46,449 nt of DNA, taken from the NCBI GenBank assembly GCA_018821365.1, contig JAHJML010000003.1:1-46449 (forward strand). The letters are read 5' to 3'. This stretch comes from Actinomycetota bacterium. GTDB taxonomy: Bacteria > Actinomycetota > Acidimicrobiia > Spongiisociales > UBA11373. The notes below the pieces were generated by a model that saw nothing but the letters and a program-made list of their open reading frames with translations, was not told the DNA's origin and made no database searches. The position numbers and the translations under genes are program-made. Shown here one piece after another: positions 1-9,468 of this stretch; positions within the stretch are counted from its first letter, which is position 1, and each line of letters begins with the position of its first letter.

Positions 1-486
1 CCCGCCACCGCCGATGTGGTGATCACCCCCCTGCGCCGCGACCAGGGTTGCGACGCAGTCGTTGGGATGGTGTTCGACGGGACGACCGTCCTGACGCTGC
101 TCGCCCCCTTCGACCGCGACGAGATCGCCCACGCTCTCCATCACGGCGCGTTTCCTGCCGACTGGGAGTGGGACTCCGAGCGGATCCTGGCCGCGGCGGT
201 CGCCGCACTCGACGGTGACGTGCTGATCCCATTGGACCCGGCGCGAGCGCTGGCGCCGGGCAACGACACCCATCGGCAGGAGCCGTCCATCGGCGAGGAC
301 GAAGCGGCGTGGCTGGTCGCCCTGTCCCGGGGCGCCACCGTCGTGCGACTGGCCGACGACGCCGGTTACTCGGAGCGAGCGATGTTCCGGCGCCTCGCCG
401 ACCTCTACACACGACTGGGGGCCCGGGGCCGCACCGAGGCGCTGCTCACCGCAGAACGGCTCGGCCTGCTCGACCGCCAACCCTGA
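1..486 (+). CDS. LuxR/NarL-type response regulator (5'-truncated by window edge)
   Basis: Frame is open from base 1. C-terminal LuxR-like HTH 'LSRGATVVRLADDAGYSERAMFRRLADLYTRLGARGRTEALLTAERLGLL' follows a degenerate receiver-like region. Confidence 0.7.
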   Translation, partial: PATADVVITPLRRDQGCDAVVGMVFDGTTVLTLLAPFDRDEIAHALHHGAFPADWEWDSERILAAAVAALDGDVLIPLDPARALAPGNDTHRQEPSIGEDEAAWLVALSRGATVVRLADDAGYSERAMFRRLADLYTRLGARGRTEALLTAERLGLLDRQP

Positions 487-492
487 CCCGGG

Positions 493-753
493 TCAGTCCC
501 CCTTCTGCATCTCCTTCTGGATGGCCTTCTCACTGATCCGTGGCCGGAACGTCTCCCAGGCGTGGATCAGCAAGCCGATCCCCCAACCGCCGATCGGCCA
601 GATCGGCCAGAAGTTGCCGCCGCTGTTGGTGACCCCCCACACCACCACCAGGAAGGCGTTGACGACCACGTAGGCGATGACGTGGCTCCAGAAGTCCCGC
701 TTCTCCTTGAGCCGCCCGATGGCGGCTTCCCGGCGGGCCTGCTCGTCGACCAT
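493..753 (-). CDS. 2TM domain small membrane protein
   Basis: 'FWSHVIAYVVVNAFLVVVW...FWPIWPIGGWGIGLLIHAW' is the typical 2TM family pattern. Confidence 0.85.
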   Translation of the reverse strand: MVDEQARREAAIGRLKEKRDFWSHVIAYVVVNAFLVVVWGVTNSGGNFWPIWPIGGWGIGLLIHAWETFRPRISEKAIQKEMQKGD

Positions 754-790
754 GTGATGCTCCTCGTCTCGGCTCCCACGAGGCTACCGA

Positions 791-1708
791 TCACCGCAAC
801 GGGGTGCCGCTGTCGTCCACGTAGACCACCAACGGCCAGCGGTTGCCCAACTCGTCGGCAGCCGACAGCATCACCCGCCACCCACCCGCCACCCGGAACG
901 TCCCCAACAGGCGATGCTCCGACCCCCACCCCGCCGCCTCCCCCATCGCACCATCCACCACCACCTGCGACGGGATCTCCCCCTCCGTCGGCCACGGCTG
1001 CGGGGTGGGGCCCGCCGGCAGCGCCACCGGGGACGGCAGGTCCAGCACCACCGACCCGCCGCTGTCGGACACCGCCACCCGCACCTCGACCGCCCGCACC
1101 GCCAACCGCTGAAACCCCTGCTCCGGCGGCGCCCCCAACAACCGGTAGGCGACCATCACCCGATACGACCCGTCGCCGTCCTCCTCGACCCGCAACGCCC
1201 GAGCCCACTCCACATAGGACAGGCCGATCGCAGCATCCTGGGGCATCTCGGGCAGCACCACCCCCACCGGCAGCGCCCCCCGCAGATCGGCCGTCCCATT
1301 CGGCTCCAGATCCGCCGTGAAGTAATCCGTCACAAACCACTCGGCGCGGGCCACCGCCGCCCGGGCGCCGAGGTCGAAAGGGAACGCCATCAGATCGGCC
1401 TCGGTGTAGAGGACCGGGGCCGGCAGGCTGCTGGTGGTCGTGGTGGGCGGGTCGGTGGCCGGGACCTCCACCACCACCGTGATCGGAGCGGGAGGAACCG
1501 TGGTGGTCGTCGCCTCCGCCACCGCCACCGGCGCCGGTTCCGGCTGGGGAGGCGCCGGCGATGACAGCGCCCTGGTCACCACCACCCCCAGCACCAGGGC
1601 CCCCAGAGCCCCGGCCGCCAGGTACAGGGCCCGGCGCCTCCCGTCGTCGTGAGAGGCGAGCAACTCGCCCCAGGGGATGTGCTCGACCTCTTCGTGGTGA
1701 TCGTCCAC
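791..1708 (-). CDS. Membrane-anchored protein, TcpC/VirB8-like (conjugal transfer protein-like)
   Basis: Real part of the 791..4459 ORF. GTG start at 1708 preceded by GGAG. One TM helix, a Pro/Thr-rich linker, then 'AEWFVTDYFT...YVEWARALRV...YRVMVAY...VEVRV...LPSPV', resembling TcpC NTF2-like domains. Confidence 0.55.
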   Translation of the reverse strand: MDDHHEEVEHIPWGELLASHDDGRRRALYLAAGALGALVLGVVVTRALSSPAPPQPEPAPVAVAEATTTTVPPAPITVVVEVPATDPPTTTTSSLPAPVLYTEADLMAFPFDLGARAAVARAEWFVTDYFTADLEPNGTADLRGALPVGVVLPEMPQDAAIGLSYVEWARALRVEEDGDGSYRVMVAYRLLGAPPEQGFQRLAVRAVEVRVAVSDSGGSVVLDLPSPVALPAGPTPQPWPTEGEIPSQVVVDGAMGEAAGWGSEHRLLGTFRVAGGWRVMLSAADELGNRWPLVVYVDDSGTPLR

Positions 1709-1939
1709 AGGTGCTCCTCGGGATGCGGCGGTCGGGGGAAGCGTCCCGAACGTATCGATCCGGAGGCCGCTCGGGAAGGGGTTCGATCGGTGGCGAGAGA
1801 ACGGACCCGGCCGGGTTTCTCTCGCCACCCGTCCGGGGAGTAGGGTCGTCCCAGGCGTCGGCGGCGCGAGCGCGAGCACTCTCTCCGCTCGGTTCGCACC
1901 ACCGGTAGGTGGTCGAGAGCTGGTCCGATTGGAGGAACC

Positions 1940-4900
1940 GTGCTGCGAAGAACTCTTGTCGTGTTTGGTGCCTTGTCGCTGCTGCTGGCGACCTTGGCTC
2001 CGGGTGCCCTGGCCGAAGATAGGCCGGATGCCGACCTCACGGAGGCGGCGGGCACCGTCCGGTGGGTGTCCGGTTTCGAGGCTCCCAACTTCGCCAAGAG
2101 CGGGCGCAATCTCGTCCCGATCATCGTCAAACTGGACGAGCAGGCCGTCGCATCCTACGACGGCAGCGTCGCGGGGTTGGCGGCGACCAGTCCCGTCCTG
2201 CTCGGCCTCGACAAACTCGATGCCGACTCCGAAGCCGTCGTCTCCTACCGGGCCCACCTGGCCAACCGGCATGCGCTGTTCGCGGCATCGGCCCGGCGGG
2301 TTGCCCCACAGGCCACGGTGACCCACTCGTACGACATCGCCTTCGGCGGCGTCGCCATGATCGTCCCGGCGGACGCGATCACCGCCATCGCCAAACTCCC
2401 CGGGGTGGTCGCGGTGTACGCGGACGTTCGCCAGCAACTCGACACCGACCGGAGCGCCCAGTTCATCGGCACCGGCAGCCTGTGGAAGGAACTCGGCGGG
2501 CGGAAGTCGGCCGGTCAGGGCATCATCGTCGGCGTCGTCGACACGGGCATCTGGCCCGAGCACCCATCGTTCTCGGACCCCGATCCCAGGGGCAAGGCCT
2601 ACGCACCTCCGGTGTGGTCCGGTTCGGGCACCGGTGACGGTTGCGACTTCGGGGACACCGCCTACAACCCCAACGACGCACCGTTCACCTGCAACAACAA
2701 GTTGATCGGCGCCTACGACTTCACCGACACCTACAAGTTGCTCGAAGGCCTGCTGCCCACCGAGTTCGACTCGGCCCGTGACTCCAACGGGCACGGCACC
2801 CATACCACCTCGACGGCAGCCGGCAACGGCGCGGTCACCGCGACGCTGCTGGGCGTGAACCGCGGCAAGATCACCGGAATCGCTCCACGTGCTCACGTCG
2901 TGATGTACAAGGGTTGCGGCGAACTGGGCTGCTACGACTCCGACACCATGGCGTCCATCCAGCAGGCGATCCTCGACGGCGTCGACGTCATCAGCTACTC
3001 GATCGGCGGCGGCGACTCGCCGTATGGCGACGGCGTGTCGCTGTCGTTCCTCGACGCCTACAACGCCGGCATCCTGGGCACGCCCTCGGCCGGCAACGAC
3101 GGCCCCGGTGCGGACACAGTGGGGCACCGCGAGCCGTGGACGCTGACCGTGGGCGCATCGACAACGGACCGATCCTTCATCGGCTCGCTGATGCTCCGGG
3201 CCAACAACGGCGACACCCTCGAAGTCGAAGGTGCCTCCGTCACCGGCGGAATCGGCACGTGGACACCGGTGGTGATGGCCTCCGACCCCGAGTGCCACGA
3301 CACGATGGCGCCCGGGACCTACAGCGGCCAGATCGTGCTCTGTGACCGCGGCGACATCGACCGGGTGTTGAAGAGCTACAACGTCATGGAGGCCGGTGGG
3401 GGGGGCATGGTGCTGATGAACCTGGCGCTCCAGGGTCTCTCCACCGACAACCACTACATCCCGAGCATCCATGTCGAGGTCACCGAGACCAATGCCATCA
3501 AGGCCTTCATGGGCAGCCACACCCTCGTCAAGGGGCAACTCGTCGGGGGAACCGCCACCACGGTTCAAGGCGACCTGATGGCCGATTTCTCCAGCCGGGG
3601 CGGCCCGGGCCAGACCCTTGGGATCAGCAAACCCGACGTGGTGGCCCCCGGTGTGCAGATCCTGGCAGGCAACACCCCGATGCCGGAGACCCCCTCGGGG
3701 GGACAGCCGGGCGAGTTGTTCCAGGCCATCCAGGGCACCTCGATGGCGGCTCCCCACGCCGCCGGGACGGCGGCCCTGCTGCTGGCCGCCCACCCGGATT
3801 GGACCCCGGGCGAGGTCAAGTCGGCCATGATGATGTCGGCGCTGCGCAACGGTGTCGTCCAGGCGGACGGCACCAGGCCGGCCCGGCCGTTCGACCGGGG
3901 CAGCGGGCGGATCCGCCCCTCCGCTGCCGCCACGGTGCCGCTCACCATCTCGGACACGGGCGCCTCCTACCTGGCTCATGAAGACGACCTGTGGAACAGC
4001 AACTACCCGAGCCTCTACGTGCCGAGCCTGGCCGGTTCGATCACGGTGGAGCGGACGGTCTTCAACCAACGAGACACCGACCTCGACGTTACCGTCACGG
4101 CCTCCGGGCCGAACAACCTGGTGGTGACGGTGCAACCCAGCACGTTCACGCTCGGCCCCAACGGCTCGCCCTCGGCGACCCGCACCATCGAGATCACCGT
4201 CGACGCCAGCATGGTGCCGGTCGGCAGTGTCAGGCACGCCGCGTTGAGCTTCGAGGCCGACGAGCAGCGCCTCTTCTTCCCGATCACGATCGTCAAGGGC
4301 GTCCCCGATGTCACGCTCGACAAGACCTGCGCGCCGGCGAGTGTGCCACTCGGTGGCAAGGCCATGTGTGACATCGTGGTGGAGAACTACCTGCTGGACC
4401 CGGTGGAGGTCACGATCACGGATCTGCTGCCCCGCGGCATGATCCTGAAGGGCAACCAACCCGTTGTCGGAGCCGTCAAGGTCACTCAGAAGAAGTTGAC
4501 CACCACCGTGTTGCTCGATGCGGCGGTCCCGCCGCCGATCTTGGTGGCGGTCAACAACTTCGCATCACCGACGGGGTATCTCGACCTCTCCGGGTTCGGT
4601 CCGACGACGGTGAGCCTCACCGATGAGGCAATCGCGAACTTCTCCGTGCCCTCTTTCGAGTACGCAGGAGTGAGTTACGACGCCATCGGGATCGTCTCCA
4701 ACGGGTACCTGGTGCTCGGCGGCGGAACCGCCGCCGACGTCACCTTCATCAACTCGGATCTGCCCGATGCGGCGCTGCCCAACAACGTGCTGGCGCCGTT
4801 CTGGACCGACCTGAACCCGAGTGCCGGAGGGGACGTGTACATCGGACTCCTCACGGATGGATTCGACACCTGGATCGTCGTCGAGTGGCAAGCCGTCCCC

Positions 4901-5323
4901 AACTGGGGTGACGGTGAGCCGAACACCTTCCAGGTGTGGATCGGCCTGGACTCCGATTCCAACCCGTCGCAGGACATCTCCTTCACCTACGGGGCGGTCT
5001 CCGACGGCGACGGTGGGTTCCTGACGGTGGGGGCCGAGAACTACTCGGGCACCACCGGCGGCACCACCTACCTCGACGGCGCCGGCGCTCCGCCGGCACC
5101 TTCGTTCGGCGGAGGATCGGCCGCCTGCGACGGGGCATGGCCCGCCCCCCCCTGCTACGAAGTCGCCGTGACGGCGGGAGTGGGCGCCGCCGGCGGGACC
5201 CACACCATCAGCTTCATGGTCCGAGGCACCAGGGTGGGCACCTGGACCAACTGGGTCACCATGACCGGTGGGGACCTGGTCGGCATCGTGACCGACGGAT
5301 TCGACTTCGAGGTCACTCCGTAG
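1940..5323 (+). CDS. Secreted S8A subtilase (I9 propeptide, catalytic domain with PA insert, Fn3-like and C-terminal beta/NIDO-like domains)
   Basis: GGAGG RBS and signal peptide. Catalytic triad motifs VGVVDTG, DSNGHGTHT and QGTSMAAPH; also FSSRGG and KPDVVAPG. Confidence 0.95.
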   Translation: MLRRTLVVFGALSLLLATLAPGALAEDRPDADLTEAAGTVRWVSGFEAPNFAKSGRNLVPIIVKLDEQAVASYDGSVAGLAATSPVLLGLDKLDADSEAVVSYRAHLANRHALFAASARRVAPQATVTHSYDIAFGGVAMIVPADAITAIAKLPGVVAVYADVRQQLDTDRSAQFIGTGSLWKELGGRKSAGQGIIVGVVDTGIWPEHPSFSDPDPRGKAYAPPVWSGSGTGDGCDFGDTAYNPNDAPFTCNNKLIGAYDFTDTYKLLEGLLPTEFDSARDSNGHGTHTTSTAAGNGAVTATLLGVNRGKITGIAPRAHVVMYKGCGELGCYDSDTMASIQQAILDGVDVISYSIGGGDSPYGDGVSLSFLDAYNAGILGTPSAGNDGPGADTVGHREPWTLTVGASTTDRSFIGSLMLRANNGDTLEVEGASVTGGIGTWTPVVMASDPECHDTMAPGTYSGQIVLCDRGDIDRVLKSYNVMEAGGGGMVLMNLALQGLSTDNHYIPSIHVEVTETNAIKAFMGSHTLVKGQLVGGTATTVQGDLMADFSSRGGPGQTLGISKPDVVAPGVQILAGNTPMPETPSGGQPGELFQAIQGTSMAAPHAAGTAALLLAAHPDWTPGEVKSAMMMSALRNGVVQADGTRPARPFDRGSGRIRPSAAATVPLTISDTGASYLAHEDDLWNSNYPSLYVPSLAGSITVERTVFNQRDTDLDVTVTASGPNNLVVTVQPSTFTLGPNGSPSATRTIEITVDASMVPVGSVRHAALSFEADEQRLFFPITIVKGVPDVTLDKTCAPASVPLGGKAMCDIVVENYLLDPVEVTITDLLPRGMILKGNQPVVGAVKVTQKKLTTTVLLDAAVPPPILVAVNNFASPTGYLDLSGFGPTTVSLTDEAIANFSVPSFEYAGVSYDAIGIVSNGYLVLGGGTAADVTFINSDLPDAALPNNVLAPFWTDLNPSAGGDVYIGLLTDGFDTWIVVEWQAVPNWGDGEPNTFQVWIGLDSDSNPSQDISFTYGAVSDGDGGFLTVGAENYSGTTGGTTYLDGAGAPPAPSFGGGSAACDGAWPAPPCYEVAVTAGVGAAGGTHTISFMVRGTRVGTWTNWVTMTGGDLVGIVTDGFDFEVTP

Positions 5324-5352
5324 GGCCGTCCTGCCGAGCGGCATAGACAGGG

Positions 5353-5380
5353 ATCGGGGGCCGGGCGACCGGCCCCCGAT
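5353..5380 (+). terminator. Stem-loop terminator between convergent transcription units
   Basis: Perfect 12-bp inverted repeat ATCGGGGGCCGG-GCGA-CCGGCCCCCGAT with a GNRA loop, 30 nt after the subtilase stop. Confidence 0.7.
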
Positions 5381-5625
5381 ACGCGTCATCGGCCGCCGGC
5401 CTCAGCGGGCAGCAGTGGAGGCGCACCGGGCGGCCACCATCCACACCGGCATCGGTGAGGAACATGGGTGCGAGACCGCCCAGGTCCCCCCGAGTCGGAT
5501 CGGGGGAGGCGGCATCGTCGCCGGCGCGGCCGCGGCCGGCCAGACGCTCAACAGGATCAGCAGTGGGCAGAACAGGCGTCGCACCGCGGCAACCTACGCC
5601 CGCCACGATGTGGAGGGAAGGCCCT

Positions 5626-6753
5626 CTACTGCTTGGCGATCAGATCGAGGAACTCGGAACGGGTCCGGGTGTTGTCCTTGAACGATCCACGCATTGCCGA
5701 GGTGATCATCGACGAACCCTGCTTTTGGACCCCGCGCATCATCATGCAGAAGTGGGAGCCCTCCATGACGACGCCCACCCCGTGAGGGTCGAGCACCTCG
5801 GCGACGGCATCGGCCACCTGAGAGGTGAGGCGCTCCTGCACCTGGAGGCGGCGGGCGAACAGATCGACGATCCTGGCGATCTTGCTCAAGCCGATGATGT
5901 GGCGGTCGGGAACGTAGGCCACGTGCGCCCTGCCGAAGAACGGCAGCATGTGGTGCTCGCACAGCGAGTAGAACTCGATGTCCCTGACCAGCACCATCTC
6001 ATCGGTGTCGGCCTCGAACACCGCGTTGTTGACCACCTGCTCCAGGCTGCCGGTGTACCCACTCGTGAGGAAGTCCATGGCCTTGGCGACCCGCAGCGGA
6101 GTGCGGAGCAGGCCCTCGCGCTCGGGGTCCTCGCCCAACTCGATCAACTGGGCGCGAACGGTCCGTTCGTAGTCGGCGTCGTACACCTCGTTGGGGGTGA
6201 CCTCCTCCATCCGCCCCTCGAGGGCGTAGCGAGAGGTCTTGTTGATCGGGGCGATCTCGTGGGTCATCGGTCGGATCTCCTGCTCTGCCGCCAGACGGTC
6301 GGCGATCTGTCGGAGGGTGAAACCCGTCGAGGGCTCCGGCCATTCCGGGGCGATGTCGGCCATCGGCACGGCCAGATGTGCGAACCGGGCGACATCGGGA
6401 TCGGGGATGCCGGCCCCCTCGATCTCGGTGGCCATCCCCTCGATCATCACGATGTCGAGGTCGATGGTGCGGGGGGCGTACTTGTCGCCGGCTCGGTTCC
6501 GGCCCAGCACCGCCTCCACCCGGCGCAACTCGGTCCGCAGCGCCAACGGTTCGAGACCGGTCTCGATGAGGACGGCGGCGTTATGGAACTCGGCCTGTCC
6601 GGCGGGCCCCACCGCGGCACTCCGGTAGACGCGGCTGACGGCCAGGACGTTGAAGCACTCGTCCTCTTCGAGGAGTTCAATGGCGGCCGGGATGTGGTGG
6701 GCGGGTTCGATGTTGCTGCCCAGCGACACCAGCACCCGGTGCGAGGGGGTCAT
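5626..6753 (-). CDS. folKE: Bifunctional FolK (HPPK)-FolE (GTP cyclohydrolase I) fusion
   Basis: ATG at 6753 overlaps the folB stop (ATGA). N-terminal HPPK motifs 'VSLGSNI' and 'PRTIDLDI'; C-terminal GCH-I motifs '[14 protein letters not shown]', '[12 protein letters not shown]', '[10 protein letters not shown]', 'HFCMMMRG'. No stop between the domains. Confidence 0.92.
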   Translation of the reverse strand: MTPSHRVLVSLGSNIEPAHHIPAAIELLEEDECFNVLAVSRVYRSAAVGPAGQAEFHNAAVLIETGLEPLALRTELRRVEAVLGRNRAGDKYAPRTIDLDIVMIEGMATEIEGAGIPDPDVARFAHLAVPMADIAPEWPEPSTGFTLRQIADRLAAEQEIRPMTHEIAPINKTSRYALEGRMEEVTPNEVYDADYERTVRAQLIELGEDPEREGLLRTPLRVAKAMDFLTSGYTGSLEQVVNNAVFEADTDEMVLVRDIEFYSLCEHHMLPFFGRAHVAYVPDRHIIGLSKIARIVDLFARRLQVQERLTSQVADAVAEVLDPHGVGVVMEGSHFCMMMRGVQKQGSSMITSAMRGSFKDNTRTRSEFLDLIAKQ

Positions 6754-7112
6754 CCCTCGTCCCGCCTGCGCCGGATGACCACCCCGACCGAGCGGGCGAA
6801 CCGCAGCGCCCCCGGTTTCTCGACGGCCACCTCCACCTCTGCGACCCTCTGATCGGCGTCGAGACAGATGCCGGCGATCTCGGCCACCAGGCGCTCCACC
6901 AGCATCGGATCGCCTGCTTCGATGTGGTCGATGATCGCCTTGGCGATGGTGCGGTAGTTGACGGCATCCTCGATGTCGTCGCTGACCGCCGCCGGGCGGG
7001 TGTCGGCCCACATGGTGACGTCGACGAGGATGTCCTGCGGTTTGGTGCGCTCGTCGGGATTGATGCCGACGATGCCGCGCACCAGCAGGCCGCGGATGAC
7101 GATCTGATCCAT
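6750..7112 (-). CDS. folB: Dihydroneopterin aldolase/epimerase (FolB/FolX family)
   Basis: '[31 protein letters not shown]', '[10 protein letters not shown]', 'LVERL', '[13 protein letters not shown]'. Confidence 0.9.
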   Translation of the reverse strand: MDQIVIRGLLVRGIVGINPDERTKPQDILVDVTMWADTRPAAVSDDIEDAVNYRTIAKAIIDHIEAGDPMLVERLVAEIAGICLDADQRVAEVEVAVEKPGALRFARSVGVVIRRRRDEG

Positions 7113-7163
7113 GTCGCCAATGTACCGGGGTGCGGACGGTGCGGCGTGCCATGATCACCGGAC

Positions 7164-7982
7164 ATGCTTCTCATGGCCCAAGGCTTCCAAACCGATCCCG
7201 GCGTAGCCGGCGTGTGGGACTGGCCGGTCGTAGCTGCCTCCCTCTCCCTGGTCGCCGGGGCGATCTTCCTGTCCCGGTGGTTGGGTCTGGGGGTGGAACG
7301 ATCTCTGATCTGGGCCTCGCTGCGCGCCGCCGTCCAGTTGCTCGCCGTCGGTGCCCTGCTGGCCTTCATCCTGCGCTCCACCCTGCCCGACCTGTGGGCG
7401 TGGGCGTGGGTGGCCGTCATGATCGGTGTCGCTTCGTTCGTGATGGTCCGGCGCATGCCGTCCGCCCCGGGGGTCTGGGTTCCGGCGACCACCGCGGTGG
7501 GGTTGTCTACCGGGGCCGGCTTGGCCGTCGTCTTCGGATTCGGGGCAATCCCCTACGACCCCATCTCGGTGGTGGTGTTCGCCGGCATCACCATCGGCAA
7601 CGCCATGCCCCACGGCGTCCTTGCCGCCAAGCAGGTGATCGCCCAGGCCCGCGACCGTCCGGGCACGATCGAAGCACTGCTGGCAATGGGCTTCGATCGC
7701 GGCGGCATCGTCCGCTTCCTGGCCCCTGAGTCAGCGCGCATGGCCCTGATCCCCCAGATAGAGCGCACCAAGGTGGTCGGGTTGATCGCACTACCGGGGG
7801 CCATGACCGGACTCCTCCTGGCGGGCGTCGATCCGGTCGATGCCGTTGTCGTGCAGTTGCTCGTGATGTACCTCGTGCTGGGTGCTGCCGCAATCACGGT
7901 CATAGTGATGGTGCTGGCGGTGACCAGGTCCACGATCACGTCGCGGCTGCAGGTGGCCGACTGGGTGAGGCCCGGCGGATAG
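7164..7982 (+). CDS. FetB/YbbM (UPF0014) ABC-type permease
   Basis: '[10 protein letters not shown]', 'GITIGNAM', 'IEALLAMG', '[24 protein letters not shown]'; multiple TM helices. Confidence 0.88.
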   Translation: MLLMAQGFQTDPGVAGVWDWPVVAASLSLVAGAIFLSRWLGLGVERSLIWASLRAAVQLLAVGALLAFILRSTLPDLWAWAWVAVMIGVASFVMVRRMPSAPGVWVPATTAVGLSTGAGLAVVFGFGAIPYDPISVVVFAGITIGNAMPHGVLAAKQVIAQARDRPGTIEALLAMGFDRGGIVRFLAPESARMALIPQIERTKVVGLIALPGAMTGLLLAGVDPVDAVVVQLLVMYLVLGAAAITVIVMVLAVTRSTITSRLQVADWVRPGG

Positions 7983-7985
7983 CCG

Positions 7986-8714
7986 TCAGCGCAGGTGGGC
8001 GCCGCCGTCGATGCGGACGATCTCCCCGGTGATGAAGTCGTTGCCGAGCAGATGGAGGACGGTGGCGGCCACCAATCCCGGATCGCCGACCCGCCGCAGC
8101 GGTATCTCCTTGGCGAGCGCCTTCAGGTAGGCCGAGTCCCTGCCCGGCGGCGGCAGGATCGCCCCCAGCGCCACCGCATTCACCCGGATCCGGGGAGCCA
8201 GGTGCTCGGCGGCCGCCGCCGTGAAGGTGTTGATCGCCCCTTTGGCCACGATGTAGGAGAAGTGGTCCGAATAGGGGCGGGCGGTCCGCCAATCGGTGAC
8301 GTTGACCACCGCCCCGCCGAGATCGGCCGGGAGCGCCGCCGCAAACGCCTGGGTGAGGAACACCGGTCCGGTCAGGTTGACGTCCAGGGTCTGCCGCCAC
8401 CCCTCCGGGGTCACCCCGGTCAGCGAGTCTGTGGCGAACACGGCGGCGCTGTTGACCAGCACCCGCACCGGGGCCAGTTCACCGGCGCCCGCCACGATCG
8501 CGGCGGCGGCCGACGGTTCCGAGAGGTCCGCTCCGACCAGGGCCACCCTGCGCCCCATCGCCTCGATCTCGTCGGCAGTCTCCCGGGCGGCGCCTGCCGA
8601 AGATCGGTAGTGCAGCACCAGATCACAACCGGCTTCGGCCAGCGCCAACGCGATCCCCCTCCCGACCCGGTGGGCGCCGCCGGTGACCAGCGCAGTAGTG
8701 CCTGAGAGTTCCAT
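7986..8714 (-). CDS. SDR-family pteridine reductase (FolM/PTR1-like)
   Basis: 'VTGGAHRVG' with the Arg typical of pteridine reductases, 'LHYRSS', YxxxK (YIVAK), 'LAPRIRVNAVALG', 'DGGAHL'; sits next to folB/folKE. Confidence 0.8.
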   Translation of the reverse strand: MELSGTTALVTGGAHRVGRGIALALAEAGCDLVLHYRSSAGAARETADEIEAMGRRVALVGADLSEPSAAAAIVAGAGELAPVRVLVNSAAVFATDSLTGVTPEGWRQTLDVNLTGPVFLTQAFAAALPADLGGAVVNVTDWRTARPYSDHFSYIVAKGAINTFTAAAAEHLAPRIRVNAVALGAILPPPGRDSAYLKALAKEIPLRRVGDPGLVAATVLHLLGNDFITGEIVRIDGGAHLR

Positions 8715-8776
8715 GACCGCCGAGAGTAGCCCCGCGACGAGCCACCTCGCCCGGTGAAGCGACTACCGTTTCGTCC

Positions 8777-9421
8777 GTGTCACGTAGCGATCCCAAACAC
8801 GGCAGGTGGATCCTTCCGCTGATCATCGGCGGCATGGTGCTGCTCACCTACACCTTCGTGAGCACCCTGGAACCCACCGAGAGCGTCGACGTGACGGTGA
8901 CCACCGTCGACGAACCGCCCTTCCCGACCACCCCATCCTCGTCCACTTCGACGCTGCCACCTGATCTGGCCGCGTTCATGGTGACGGTGGACGTCTTCGA
9001 GACCCAGGCGACCGGGTTCGGCCAGCAGATCGTCGACATCAACGACGACTGGGAGGCCCGCTCGATCCAGTTCAACGAGGCCCGCACCAACTTCAACAAC
9101 GTCAGGGCGACCGTCGAGTTGTGGGAGCAGCAGGTGACCGATGCGGCCGCTGATGCCCCCGCCGCGCTCGCCGAGGAGTATGTGACCTTCGTCACCTCCA
9201 CCGCCGACCTGGCGCTGGCCATCGAGGACATCGTCCTGGGCCTCGAGGCGTCCGACGACGGCACTCTGCGCCGGGCCGCCGTTGCGGTGTACGCCGAAGA
9301 GATCCAGGACGTGCTCGACGCCATCCAGGCGATCCGGGACGCCGCCGATGCGGCCGCCGCCCCCACCGAGGACAGCACCGACACCACTGCGACGACTACC
9401 GGCGACGGCAGCAGCACGTAG
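8777..9421 (+). CDS. Hypothetical membrane-anchored acidic helical protein
   Basis: GTG start 7 nt after a TACCGT -10-like element; N-terminal TM, Thr/Ser linker, helical domain; host-like codon use. Confidence 0.7.
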   Translation: MSRSDPKHGRWILPLIIGGMVLLTYTFVSTLEPTESVDVTVTTVDEPPFPTTPSSSTSTLPPDLAAFMVTVDVFETQATGFGQQIVDINDDWEARSIQFNEARTNFNNVRATVELWEQQVTDAAADAPAALAEEYVTFVTSTADLALAIEDIVLGLEASDDGTLRRAAVAVYAEEIQDVLDAIQAIRDAADAAAAPTEDSTDTTATTTGDGSST

Positions 9422-9468
9422 CAGCGCATTTCGCCACGGGATCGGCCCGGGCGTTCCCCATCCCGCCG

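Noticed and set aside
1709-4459. 1222-aa minus-strand ORF (and other long antisense ORFs such as 25447..27996, 26073..28193, 9618..11234)
   Set aside because: Shadow frames of well-supported genes caused by GC-rich codon bias; only 791..1708 is credible.
5402-5584. 60-aa ORF with a signal-peptide-like start downstream of folKE
   Set aside because: No recognisable family or RBS; may be a remnant, but cannot be supported.
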